A DNA stretch of 64,000 bases from Bacillota bacterium (GTDB lineage Bacteria > Bacillota > DTU025): positions 128,001 to 192,000 of the forward strand of contig JBMNJT010000004.1 of assembly GCA_050951805.1 (NCBI GenBank). The letters run 5' to 3'. Each line of letters opens with the position of its first letter. Within the stretch, counting starts at the first letter, position 1. The notes under the pieces were generated by a model, which saw nothing but the letters and a program-made list of their open reading frames with translations, was not told where the DNA came from and did not search any database. Shown here in pieces: positions 38,508 to 48,200 of the stretch. A program made the position numbers and the translations under genes.

Positions 38508-40724
38508 ATGAAGGTGAATACGTCGCGTCTGCAATGTAGGATGATGCTGTTGATCCTGTTGATGGCTGTGCCATTGCTTGCAGCCAGTGTCCAAAATGGC
38601 TTTTCCCAGAGGAAGGCAATGGTTCAGCAGATAGAAATGCAAGGCCTTGATCTGCTAGGATATATGGAGTCAGCGATGAGCATGGGCCTGAAGCGGAACA
38701 TCGAGACGATAGCGATGGTTGTGTTAGGGGAAGGGGAAGACTTCGATATCGAGGCCAAACAGCGAGCCATCGACAAGATCGTTGCTAAGACAGGAAACAG
38801 GTTGGACATAGCCATTATTGACGACCGAGGCAGGATTCTTGCTTCCTCCACAACTCAGTTCGACTCCGCATTACTCGCGGATAAGGAGCGCCTTCAGGAA
38901 GCGCTCCTTACAGGTCAGATCTCCTTCGGTGTGCATAAGCCGGACCATGCAGGCGGCAGGCCGGGGGTGCTTTTGTTATATCCAGTCTTCGACGCCGATA
39001 ATAGTGCTACTTTTGTTGTTGCAGCGCTTCTTTATGAAGAACTGCTTTTTTCTTCCCTGAGCAACGTTGATCTTCCCGCTGATGTAGCTTTCGAACTCGT
39101 CGACCTCAATTGGGATGTTGTAGCGCATCGCGAGACATCTGATAGGGCTTTAGGCCTTACTGCAAGCCCAGACCTGGGCGATGTCAGGCAGAAACTGGCA
39201 TTCAGTGTAGATGGAGGCTTGAGCGAGGTTAGCAAATGGGAGGACGGGGTCAAGCGCCTAGCGGGCATCAAGACAGTTACAGACTATCGCGGGAATCCTG
39301 TTTTCTATGTTACCGCCACTATGCCGATTGGGGCAGATCTGACCCGCGCGACGATTTTGTCCTTCTATCAAGTTGCGGTGATGCTTGGAGTATCGTTGAT
39401 CGTTATTCCTGTAACATGGGGATTGATGAACAAGCAGTTTGTGGAACCAGTCAACAGACTGGTCGACTTGGCAGAAGATCTTGGAAGCGGCCACATGGAT
39501 GCGAGGCACGGCGAACCCTACGAGGCGGGCGAGGTTGGCGAGCTTGCGAAGGCTTTCGATGAGATGGCGGAGGCGCTTAAGGAACGCAGTGAGGAGCTGG
39601 AGTATCTCAGTTTCCACGACAGTTTGACCGGAGCCTATAACCGCACTTACATCGAAAGCATCAGCGAGGAATTGGCTTGTGAGGAGAACCTTCCGACAAC
39701 GATAATATTGGGCGATATCAATGGCCTGAAGATGGTGAACGATACCTATGGCCATCAGGCCGGAAACGAGCTAATAGTGAGGGCTGGCGCCATCATCCAG
39801 CAGTGCGTCGGGGATAGCGGCGTTGTTGCCAGATGGGGCGGTGACGAATTCATAATAGTCTTGCCCAACGCGCCCATGCGAAGCGGCCTCTTGCTGTGTA
39901 ACAGGATACGTTCGGCTTGCGAGTCGTCCGGCCATTATCCGGCGGCGCCAAGCATAGCTTTGGGTGTTGCCACCCGGATGGCTGCCGAACAGTCGATAAT
40001 GGACACGCTTGTGAGCGCCGAAAGCCGTATGTACAGGAATAAATTCCTCGACACGTCATCAGCCAGGGGCACTCTGCTTTACTCGCTCCGAAGGGCTCTC
40101 GCGGAAAGCACCCATGAGACGGAAGAGCACTCCAGCAGAATGTGCTTTCTCGCTCTGGAGTTGGGCAGTATGATTGGCCTGTCATCCAATACCTTGGACG
40201 ACCTGGCTATCCTCGCGAGTTTCCACGACATAGGGAAGATCGGGATACCCGACAGTATCTTGCAGAAGCCCGGGCCTCTCACTGATGAAGAATGGAAGGT
40301 GATGAAGGCTCATCCAGAGATAGGCGCCAGGATTGTGGGGGGATCATACGAGCTTTCGCATATTTCGGAATCCATTCTCTCCCATCACGAGAGGTGGGAT
40401 GGGGAGGGGTACCCTGAGGGGGTTGGCGGAGACGAGATACCGCTTATCTCCCGAATCCTCGCGATTGTCGATGCGTATGACGCGATGACCAGTGATCGGA
40501 CATACAGAAAAGCCATGTCGAGGGAGGAAGCTTTGGCCGAGATAGCGCGTTGCTCCGGAACTCAGTTCGATCCCGACTTGGTGGAGATGTTCCTCACTAT
40601 GATGGAGGAGATGGCCAGGTCGGAGGAGGACGAGATGGACTGGTTGACTGCGGGGATGCAGTGGTACGAAGGTTTGGGCGACTGTGATTCCGGCGTGCCC
40701 AAGATGCCCGAAGATGAAGCGTAG
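38508..40724 (+). CDS. Sensor (Cache-like)-HAMP-GGDEF-HD-GYP protein
   Basis: Two TM segments, HAMP (GEVGELAKAFDEM), HDSLTG, RWGGDEF, HDIGK and HHERWDGEGYP. Confidence 0.92.
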   Translation: MKVNTSRLQCRMMLLILLMAVPLLAASVQNGFSQRKAMVQQIEMQGLDLLGYMESAMSMGLKRNIETIAMVVLGEGEDFDIEAKQRAIDKIVAKTGNRLDIAIIDDRGRILASSTTQFDSALLADKERLQEALLTGQISFGVHKPDHAGGRPGVLLLYPVFDADNSATFVVAALLYEELLFSSLSNVDLPADVAFELVDLNWDVVAHRETSDRALGLTASPDLGDVRQKLAFSVDGGLSEVSKWEDGVKRLAGIKTVTDYRGNPVFYVTATMPIGADLTRATILSFYQVAVMLGVSLIVIPVTWGLMNKQFVEPVNRLVDLAEDLGSGHMDARHGEPYEAGEVGELAKAFDEMAEALKERSEELEYLSFHDSLTGAYNRTYIESISEELACEENLPTTIILGDINGLKMVNDTYGHQAGNELIVRAGAIIQQCVGDSGVVARWGGDEFIIVLPNAPMRSGLLLCNRIRSACESSGHYPAAPSIALGVATRMAAEQSIMDTLVSAESRMYRNKFLDTSSARGTLLYSLRRALAESTHETEEHSSRMCFLALELGSMIGLSSNTLDDLAILASFHDIGKIGIPDSILQKPGPLTDEEWKVMKAHPEIGARIVGGSYELSHISESILSHHERWDGEGYPEGVGGDEIPLISRILAIVDAYDAMTSDRTYRKAMSREEALAEIARCSGTQFDPDLVEMFLTMMEEMARSEEDEMDWLTAGMQWYEGLGDCDSGVPKMPEDEA

Positions 40725-40779
40725 TGGGCATCGCGGCGTCCGGGCCATGGGCCCGGACTTGCCTTTTCAGCCCGGTGTG

Positions 40780-42516
40780 CTAACTCCGCTCTAGCTCCCT
40801 GAGTGCTCTCATGATCTCCGGTGCGAACTGCTGTTTTCTTGACACTACGCCCGGCAGCCAGAACGATTCTGCTCCCGCTTCCACCCCGGCGTGGCCGAAG
40901 GCGCGCTCTGCCAGGCTTGCGTCACGCGCTGTCCACAGTATTTCTGAACCGTCTGCCGCCACATCTGTGAGCATGAGCGCTACCATAGCGTAGCCTGCAT
41001 CTTCCATAAGGCTTCGCGTGGCGTCTAGAAGTTGGCGCTTGAGGTCGGAGCTGAACCCTCCGGAAGTGGTAGCCTGCCCTATCCCCACTTTGAACTTGCC
41101 CACAGTGAACTCCTTGAAGTCGGATCGCAGTATTTCGGCGGGATCGGCGTCTTCTATATGGGTCTTCGCCGTGAGCACCAGATCGGCGAGGCTCTTCAGG
41201 TCGACGTCGGCTCCTGAGGCCAGGCGTTCCGCTTCCAGCCTGTCTTGGGGTGTAGATGTGGGCGACTTGAAGGCCAGGGTGTCGGAGATGATTGCGGATG
41301 CCAATAGTCCTGCCAGGGCAGGGCTGAGGGTGACTTTGTTCTGGCGCGCCAGGGCGCTTATTATCGTCGAGGTGGATCCCCATGGCCTGTTCACGAAGAG
41401 TATGGGATGATCTGTCTCAATCGACCCTATTCGATGGTGGTCGATCACTTCCAACACTACGGCCGTGTCGATCCCTTCCACTGATTGGGTTTTCTCGTTG
41501 TGATCCACCAAGATCACTCGCTTGCGGGGAGGGTCGGCCAGATGGTTTCTGCCGATCATGCCTGTGGGTCTTCCGTGCTCGTCCATGACCGGATAGAGCT
41601 TGAACGGGCGAAGCCTCATTTCCTCTCTCACTTCTGACACCAGGTCATCAAGGGTGAATGTGGCCACGTCGGCGCTTGTCATCACTTGGTCTACGGGGAC
41701 TGCCTGCCACAGAAGCCCGAGGCAAGCGAGGGTGTCTGCTGCCGTTGACAGCACGGATGTGCCGCGCGAGCGCGCCAGTTCGAGCGTGTCGCGGGAGACG
41801 GGGGCCCGATGGGCATCTGTCACTACGAGCACAGCGACCCCCTCTTCGACTGCGATTCGCTGGAGGTCGGGCCTATCGGAAACGATCAGCATGTCGTGGG
41901 GGGTGATGGCGCGACGGGCCCAATCTATTCCGATGTCGCCCACGAATACTCGGCCATCGAACTCGGGCTGGCCTTCTGCTACGAGTTGGGCGTCGAGGGC
42001 GCTCACGAGGTTTTTTATGGGGAACGAATAGTGGCTTCTCTTTGCTGAGGCGTTAAGCTCGGCCCTGGCGATATCGCCCAAGGTGGCAAGGCCCTGAAGC
42101 TTCCCGTCCTCGTCCACAATGCATGCCGTGGCTGCCCTCGTCTCGAGCATTTGCTTCCATACTTTTCGCAAGGGAGAGCCTGTACGCACCAGCATAGGGC
42201 TGTCAAACTGCACGTCTGACACCTGCGGATAGATGTTGGGCAAGAACTGAGGCGGTTCGAACCCGAATGTCTCGAGCACGGTGGCTGTTTCATGGTTGAC
42301 AGGCCCAGACCGCGCAGGCACGTACTTTGAAGGAAAAGTTTCCCCGCAGCTCGCCGGTGTTTCAGGTTCCTCTGTTGTGTGGGTGCTCGCGTGGGGGCTA
42401 TCCCAACCTGCCAGCGCGTTCTTGATTTCCGCATAGGCTACTGCCGACACTATCGAATCGCAGTCGGGATTTTTGTGGCCAATAATGTAGACTCTTTCCG
42501 CGGCTGATCTTTGCAT
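40780..42516 (-). CDS. ppaC: Mn-dependent family II inorganic pyrophosphatase with CBS-DRTGG insert
   Basis: GHKNPDCDS, LVDHNE, IDHHR, SDTL.FKSPT and GVVSRKQQ, with an internal CBS/DRTGG region. Confidence 0.92.
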   Translation of the reverse strand: MQRSAAERVYIIGHKNPDCDSIVSAVAYAEIKNALAGWDSPHASTHTTEEPETPASCGETFPSKYVPARSGPVNHETATVLETFGFEPPQFLPNIYPQVSDVQFDSPMLVRTGSPLRKVWKQMLETRAATACIVDEDGKLQGLATLGDIARAELNASAKRSHYSFPIKNLVSALDAQLVAEGQPEFDGRVFVGDIGIDWARRAITPHDMLIVSDRPDLQRIAVEEGVAVLVVTDAHRAPVSRDTLELARSRGTSVLSTAADTLACLGLLWQAVPVDQVMTSADVATFTLDDLVSEVREEMRLRPFKLYPVMDEHGRPTGMIGRNHLADPPRKRVILVDHNEKTQSVEGIDTAVVLEVIDHHRIGSIETDHPILFVNRPWGSTSTIISALARQNKVTLSPALAGLLASAIISDTLAFKSPTSTPQDRLEAERLASGADVDLKSLADLVLTAKTHIEDADPAEILRSDFKEFTVGKFKVGIGQATTSGGFSSDLKRQLLDATRSLMEDAGYAMVALMLTDVAADGSEILWTARDASLAERAFGHAGVEAGAESFWLPGVVSRKQQFAPEIMRALRELERS

Positions 42517-43087
42517 GTGAATATCACCTATGTTTCATGGAATTCTATAGACAATTTCCGGCGTGTTTCGTTTTTTCTGCGTCTGTCCTTGATTGAGAGG
42601 GCCCGATCGCTTCTTCGAAGCTGTTTTTCAGGAGGCTCACTGAGATTTGCTGCTCAGACCGGGTAACCCGCCTGCGATGGAATCGCCTTGATACACGTAT
42701 TTTACATGATTTTTGCGGCAGTGTTTATCACTTTTCAGATGGAGTGTGTGATAAGTAGGCAAGAGTGCAGTTGGGAGTCGGGGGGATGGTCGACGCAAAA
42801 AGGTCAATTGAGGCTCAAAAAAGAAGTGTGTGGTGGGAAAGGAGCAGGGCTTGCCAACGGATCTGGCTAAATTGGAGTCATATCCCAGAAGGTGTGCCGA
42901 TTACTTGCCTTCGCTGAAAGACTGACTGCGTACTCGAAAACGTGTCTGGAGCACCAATGAAAGCCGCTCATTGCCAACAATTGATTCTACGGTCCTCTCA
43001 TATGCAACTCATATTTTCTGGGCGGTGTTCGTGCCGTAGCCGCTTGGGAAGGCAGGCTGTAGGGGGATGGCACGGGTTGCGATTCGC

Positions 43088-43116
43088 TTGCATTCGCAGG
43101 GCTGACATAGTATAAT
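43088..43116 (+). promoter_or_regulatory. SigA-type promoter of tRNA-Val
   Basis: TTGCAT-N17-TATAAT. Confidence 0.65.
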
Positions 43117-43142
43117 ACTATCCACAAGCAAGATACAGGAAT

Positions 43143-43218
43143 GGGGCAATAGCTCAGCTGGAAGAGCACCTGCGTCACATGTAGGGGGTCACAGGTTCAA
43201 GTCCTGTTTGCCCCACCA
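43143..43218 (+). tRNA. tRNA-Val(CAC)
   Basis: GGGGCAA/TTGCCCC acceptor stem, anticodon loop GTCACAT, GGTTCAAGTCC and CCA end. Confidence 0.93.
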
Positions 43219-43226
43219 TTCTTTAT

Positions 43227-43251
43227 CCAGGGCACGCGCCCTGGTTTTTTT
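43227..43251 (+). terminator. Terminator after tRNA-Val
   Basis: CCAGGGC-ACGC-GCCCTGG followed by T7. Confidence 0.8.
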
Positions 43252-43326
43252 ACGCACGGATCTGGATGTTGCGTTGGGCCTCCTGTTGGGATCCCCGAGG
43301 GCTTCGCAGTCTGGAGCTTCTACATT

Positions 43327-44172
43327 CTACTTCTCTTTCCATCCTTTGAAAAGGCCTGCCAGGCCGCCTATTCGTTCTCTTTTCCGCGCTGGTGCGCGGC
43401 TTGTCTCGGCCGTGTCGGCTTTCGGGGAGATCACGGGTTCGGGGACCTTTGGGGTTATGCCCTCCAGTATGGCCTTGGGGTTTTCTTCAAAAAGCTCTGT
43501 GGCTGTTTCTTCCCCCATCAGGCTGGCTGTTCGTTGGCGGGCTTGGGGTAGGAGTCTGCTGTAGGCTGTGGGGCTATGGGCATCGGAGGCTATGAAATGG
43601 CACATGCGCCTTTTGAGGATGGTGAGGGCGCCCTGTTCCGCGATTGAACCGTAGGCTCCTACTATGCTTCCTGCGTCGAGTTGGACGAGAACTCCCATGT
43701 TGATAAGGCGGCACAGCAAGTCCATGTCTTGCGACAGCTCGTGGTTTCTCTCCGGATGGGCGATTATCGGCACGTAGCCATATGCCTTGAGCTCGAAGAG
43801 AGTGGCTTCTGTATAATCTGGAACTGCTAACATGGGGAGCTCCACTAGGACATGTTTGCCCGTCCCTCCTAGCACAGGGATGCCGCCTCCATCGAGGACC
43901 TCGCGCACTCCGGGGTCGAGCAGTATTTCGGCGCCCATGGCAAGCTCAACTTTTGATGCTTCGCTGTCACGTGCGGATGCTGCCGCGAGCTCTTGGAGGC
44001 CCAGGGCAATCTGGGGCGTTCGGGGCGAGCTGGGGTATGAAGCGCAATGGGGGGTTGCGACAATCAGGGTCACGCCTGCCCCGGCTGCTGCTCGAAGCAT
44101 GTCTATGGATTCGGATATGTCGGCGGCGCCGTCATCTATTTTGGGGATTATGTGCGAGTGTATGTCTATCAA
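43327..44172 (-). CDS. cpsB: PHP-family protein tyrosine phosphatase (CpsB/CapC/YwqE)
   Basis: IDIHSHIIP.IDDGA, ATPH, IAHPERN and ASDAH. Confidence 0.9.
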   Translation of the reverse strand: MIDIHSHIIPKIDDGAADISESIDMLRAAAGAGVTLIVATPHCASYPSSPRTPQIALGLQELAAASARDSEASKVELAMGAEILLDPGVREVLDGGGIPVLGGTGKHVLVELPMLAVPDYTEATLFELKAYGYVPIIAHPERNHELSQDMDLLCRLINMGVLVQLDAGSIVGAYGSIAEQGALTILKRRMCHFIASDAHSPTAYSRLLPQARQRTASLMGEETATELFEENPKAILEGITPKVPEPVISPKADTAETSRAPARKRERIGGLAGLFKGWKEK

Positions 44173-44502
44173 TGTGTACCCCCCTATTTCGCCAGCATTT
44201 GAAGGATATCGCCGATACGAATTGATGCGAAAGCAAGAAGGATTTCACTGCACAGATATAGTATACTAATAAATGCACAATAAAGCAGAGCCATCGGGAA
44301 TTCGCTGTGGCGGTATTGCGGGGCCTGACAGTTTCAGGTCTGCGTAAGTGACGCCGCAGTGCAGATTTTTTCGCCATATCTAGCAATGCATTTCCTCTAT
44401 TGGATACTACTGTTACATAGTATATAATACACTCCGAGGTTTCTCATTACGAATAGAGCCGCTGCAGGTGCGGCGTTTGACTTGTAGGGGAGGGCGACGT
44501 TT

Positions 44503-45279
44503 TTGCTGTTTCCATGGAAGAACGGGAAACGCGACGAAGAGGAACACGATCCAGAACAGGCTTTGATATCTTTATACAGCCCAAAGTCGCTTGCGAGTGA
44601 AGCTTATCGGATGCTCCGGACGAATGTTCACTTTTCCAGCGGTGGCGAGTCCATCCGAGTGTTGGAGGTCACGAGCTCCTTCCCCGGAGAGGGAAAGTCC
44701 CTCACCGCCTGCAACCTGGCGATAACCTTCGCACAGGCGGGCGAGTCGGTTGTGCTGATAGATGCCGACATGCGGCGGCCCACTGTGCACGAGAAGTTCG
44801 AATTGCCGCAGTCGCCGGGCCTTTCTGAAACCATAGTCACAGGGAAGCACGGGGACTTCTTAAAAGACGGACCGGTGGAGGGCCTCAGGATTATAACTGC
44901 GGGCACGATCCCGCCCAATCCTTCTGAGCTGCTCCACAGCGACCGTATGATCAAGTTTCTTGATGACATGAAATCCATAGCTGACCTCGTGATCATCGAT
45001 GCCCCGCCGGTGCTGGCTGTCACTGATGCCCTGGTTCTTGCGCCGCGGGCGGATGGTGTGATTTTGGTGGTCAGTATGCTGAAGTCTGATAAGCGCGCTG
45101 TCAAGCACGCTGTGGAGGCGCTCCAAGCTGTAAACGCCAAGGTCCTGGGAACGGTCATCCGCGGCGTCGCGCCGCCCAAGGGCAAGTACGGCTACAAGCA
45201 CTATTACAATGATTATTACTATTATTACGACTCGGGCTACGGCTCCGATGAGTCGGCAAAGGGGACTGCGACAAAGTGA
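44503..45279 (+). CDS. cpsD: BY-kinase (CpsD/CapB family)
   Basis: SEAYRMLRTN, PGEGKS, IDADMRRP, IIDAPP and a C-terminal Tyr cluster. Confidence 0.92.
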   Translation: MLFPWKNGKRDEEEHDPEQALISLYSPKSLASEAYRMLRTNVHFSSGGESIRVLEVTSSFPGEGKSLTACNLAITFAQAGESVVLIDADMRRPTVHEKFELPQSPGLSETIVTGKHGDFLKDGPVEGLRIITAGTIPPNPSELLHSDRMIKFLDDMKSIADLVIIDAPPVLAVTDALVLAPRADGVILVVSMLKSDKRAVKHAVEALQAVNAKVLGTVIRGVAPPKGKYGYKHYYNDYYYYYDSGYGSDESAKGTATK

Positions 45280-48200
45280 GTTGGGGCAAGTGTGCATCTG
45301 AGAGAAACAAGAGGACGCTCGTTGCTGCAATAGTATGTGCTTTGGTCGTGGCTTTCGGCCTGTGCGGAGCCGTTCCGGCGTCGGCGGGCGACGGTGGACA
45401 GGTCGGCAAATCGAGCGGGTCGGCCCAGTATCTTCTGGGTTCCGGGGATGCGATAAGGATCTCTGTTTTCGGTGACGACCAACTGACTGTCACGGCGCAG
45501 ATTGGGCCCGATGGGCTTGTTTTTGTTCCGCTTGCGGGAGCGATCAAGGTTTCCGGTAAGACTGTAGAGCAGGCAAGGGCCGATATCGCCCGTGCTCTTT
45601 CGGCTTACATCAAGAATCCCGATGTTACTGTCACTATAGTTGATTACCGGAAGGTCCGTATTGTGGTGGTGGGCGAGGTCATCCGGCCGGGGATGTATGA
45701 GGCGCCCGACGGGTCGGGGGCCTTGACGGCTATTGCTCTTTCTGGGGGCCTCACGGAGCTTGCGGATGTCGACGGCATCGTCGCTGTTGACGGAGGGACG
45801 CACCCGGTGGACTACTCCGGGATAGTCGCGGGAAGTGCTGCCGATGTTGCTCTCTCAGATGGCGCGGTTGTCCATGTCCCCAGGGCGGTCAGGCAGATCC
45901 TCGTGCTCGGGGATGTTGCACGGCCCGGATCGTACGGTGCGCCCCGGGGCGGGTCCATGAGGCTGCTTGATGCGGTGGCCGCGGCTGGCGGGGTTTCCGG
46001 CGATGCCCGCAGAGCCCAGGTTGTATGGAGCGGAACGCGCGATGGGGCTCAAGAGAGCTTCGCTGTATCTTTTGGCGCGTTGATTGACGCTCCCGGTTCT
46101 GAATCAAACATCTTGCTCGCTTCAGGCGATGTCATATTCGTCTCCGAAGCCCCGGAGCAGGCGTCCGTCATCGGTGAGGTGGCGAGGCCCGGGGTTTATC
46201 CCATAAGCGCCGATACTACTCTTCTCGATCTTCTTGCTATGGCGGGAGGCCCCAGCGTACGCGCGGACCTCGGGAATGTGAGGGTTTACGCTGGAGGAAG
46301 CCCCGCTGATGGTGCTTCTTTTGAACTTGCCGACGGGGACCTGGCATTTGCCGGGGATGTGAAGGCCAACCCCAAGGTGGCCTCCGGCGCGGTTGTGGTC
46401 GTTCCAAGCTCGGTTCTGCGTGTCCAGGTAGCGGGGTATGTTGGGCGTCCGGGCCAGGTGGAGCTGGAGCGGGAGGCTACCGCGGTTGATGCCATCGTTG
46501 CTGCAGGTGGGATCCGCGAGGACGGGGACGGCAGCAAGGTCGTGCTCACCCGGAGGTCGGACGGGGCCTCTGCGGTGCGCGAGATAGATATTGAAGGAAT
46601 ATTGGGCGGGCAGGTTGCCCAGACCGATGCGCCCAGCCTTTCCGACGGGGACGTGCTCTTCGTTCCCCAAGCCGTGCAGCGCTTGACGGTGCTCGGGGAG
46701 GTGGCGCGGCCAGGGGTGTACCCCGTAGAGCGCGGAGCTACTCTTATGGACGTGATCGCTGCTGCGGGCGGACCGACAGAGAAGGCCGACATGGGGGCTG
46801 TCAGGGTGTACGACGGCGGGAACGCGGCGGAAGCCCAAACCCTTGAGCTTGCAGATGATCGCCTAATCTTTGAGGGAAGCATCAAGTCGAATCCCCCTGC
46901 CCGGGCGGGCCAGGTGGTTGTGGTTCCGTCCATGGCGATCCGCGTGTTGGCCACTGGGCATGTTATGCGGCCGGGGTCGGTCGAGCTTCGCCGGGGGGCG
47001 ACGGTCCTCGATGTGATTGCCGAGGCAGGCGGGATCAGGGACGGCGGGGATGGGACTCGCGTCGTGCTGACCCGGGCAGGCGGCGAGGGCTTCGTGGAGA
47101 TAGATGTTGAAGGTATTTTGGAGGGCAGGCCCGGTGCGGGTCCTGCTCCGGTCCTTTGCGATGGGGATGGGATATACGTTCCCCAGGTAATCTCGCAAGT
47201 TTCAGTGCTGGGCGAGGTGGCGCGGCCAGGGACTTACCAGGTGGGCGCCGATACTACTCTTCTCGATCTCCTTGCTATGGCGGGAGGCCCCAGCGTTCGC
47301 GCGGACCTCGGGAATGTGAGGGTTTATGCTGGAGGAAGCCCCGCTGATGGTGCTTCTTTTGAACTTGCCGACGGGGACCTGGCATTTGCCGGGGATGTGA
47401 AGGCCAACCCCAAGGTGGCCTCCGGCGCGGTTGTGGTCGTTCCAAGCTCGGTTCTGCGTGTCCAGGTAGCGGGGTATGTTGGGCGTCCGGGCCAGGTGGA
47501 GCTGGAGCGGGGGGCTACCGCGGTTGATGCCATCGTTGCCGCAGGCGGGATCCGCGAGGACGGGGACGGCAGCAAGGTCGTGCTCACCCGGAGATCGGAC
47601 GGGGCCTCTGCGGTGCGCGAGATAGATATTGAAGGAATATTGGACGGGAAGGTTGCCCAGACCGATGCGCCCAGCCTTTCCGACGGGGACGTGCTCTTCG
47701 TTCCCCAAGCCGTGCAGCGCTTGACGGTGCTCGGGGAGGTGGCGCGGCCAGGGGTGTACCCCGTAGAGCGCGGAGCTACTCTTATGGACGTGATCGCTGC
47801 TGCGGGCGGACCGACAGAGAAGGCCGACATGGGGGCTGTCAGGGTGTACGACGGCGGGAACGCGGCGGAAGCCCAAACCCTTGAGCTTGCAGATGATCGC
47901 CTGATCTTTGAGGGAAGCATCAAGTCGAATCCCCCTGCCCGGGCGGGCCAGGTGGTTGTGGTTCCGTCCATGTCCATCCGTGTGTTGGCCACTGGGCATG
48001 TTATGCGGCCGGGGTCGGTCGAGCTTCGCCGGGGGGCGACGGTCCTCGATGTGATTGCCGAGGCAGGCGGGATCAGGGACGGCGGGGATGGGACTCGCGT
48101 CGTGCTGACCCGGGCAGGCGGCGAGGGCTTCGTGGAGATAGATGTTGAAGGTATTTCAGAGGGCAGGCCCGGTGCGGGCCCTGCTCCGGTCATTTGCGAG

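Noticed and set aside
42672-42720. Fluoride-riboswitch-like GCGATGGAATCGC near ppaC
   Set aside because: It is on the wrong strand for ppaC and the conserved 3' pseudoknot segment is not convincing.
37805-43218. tRNA-anchored integrative element
   Set aside because: No integrase and no duplicated tRNA 3' end were found near either tRNA.
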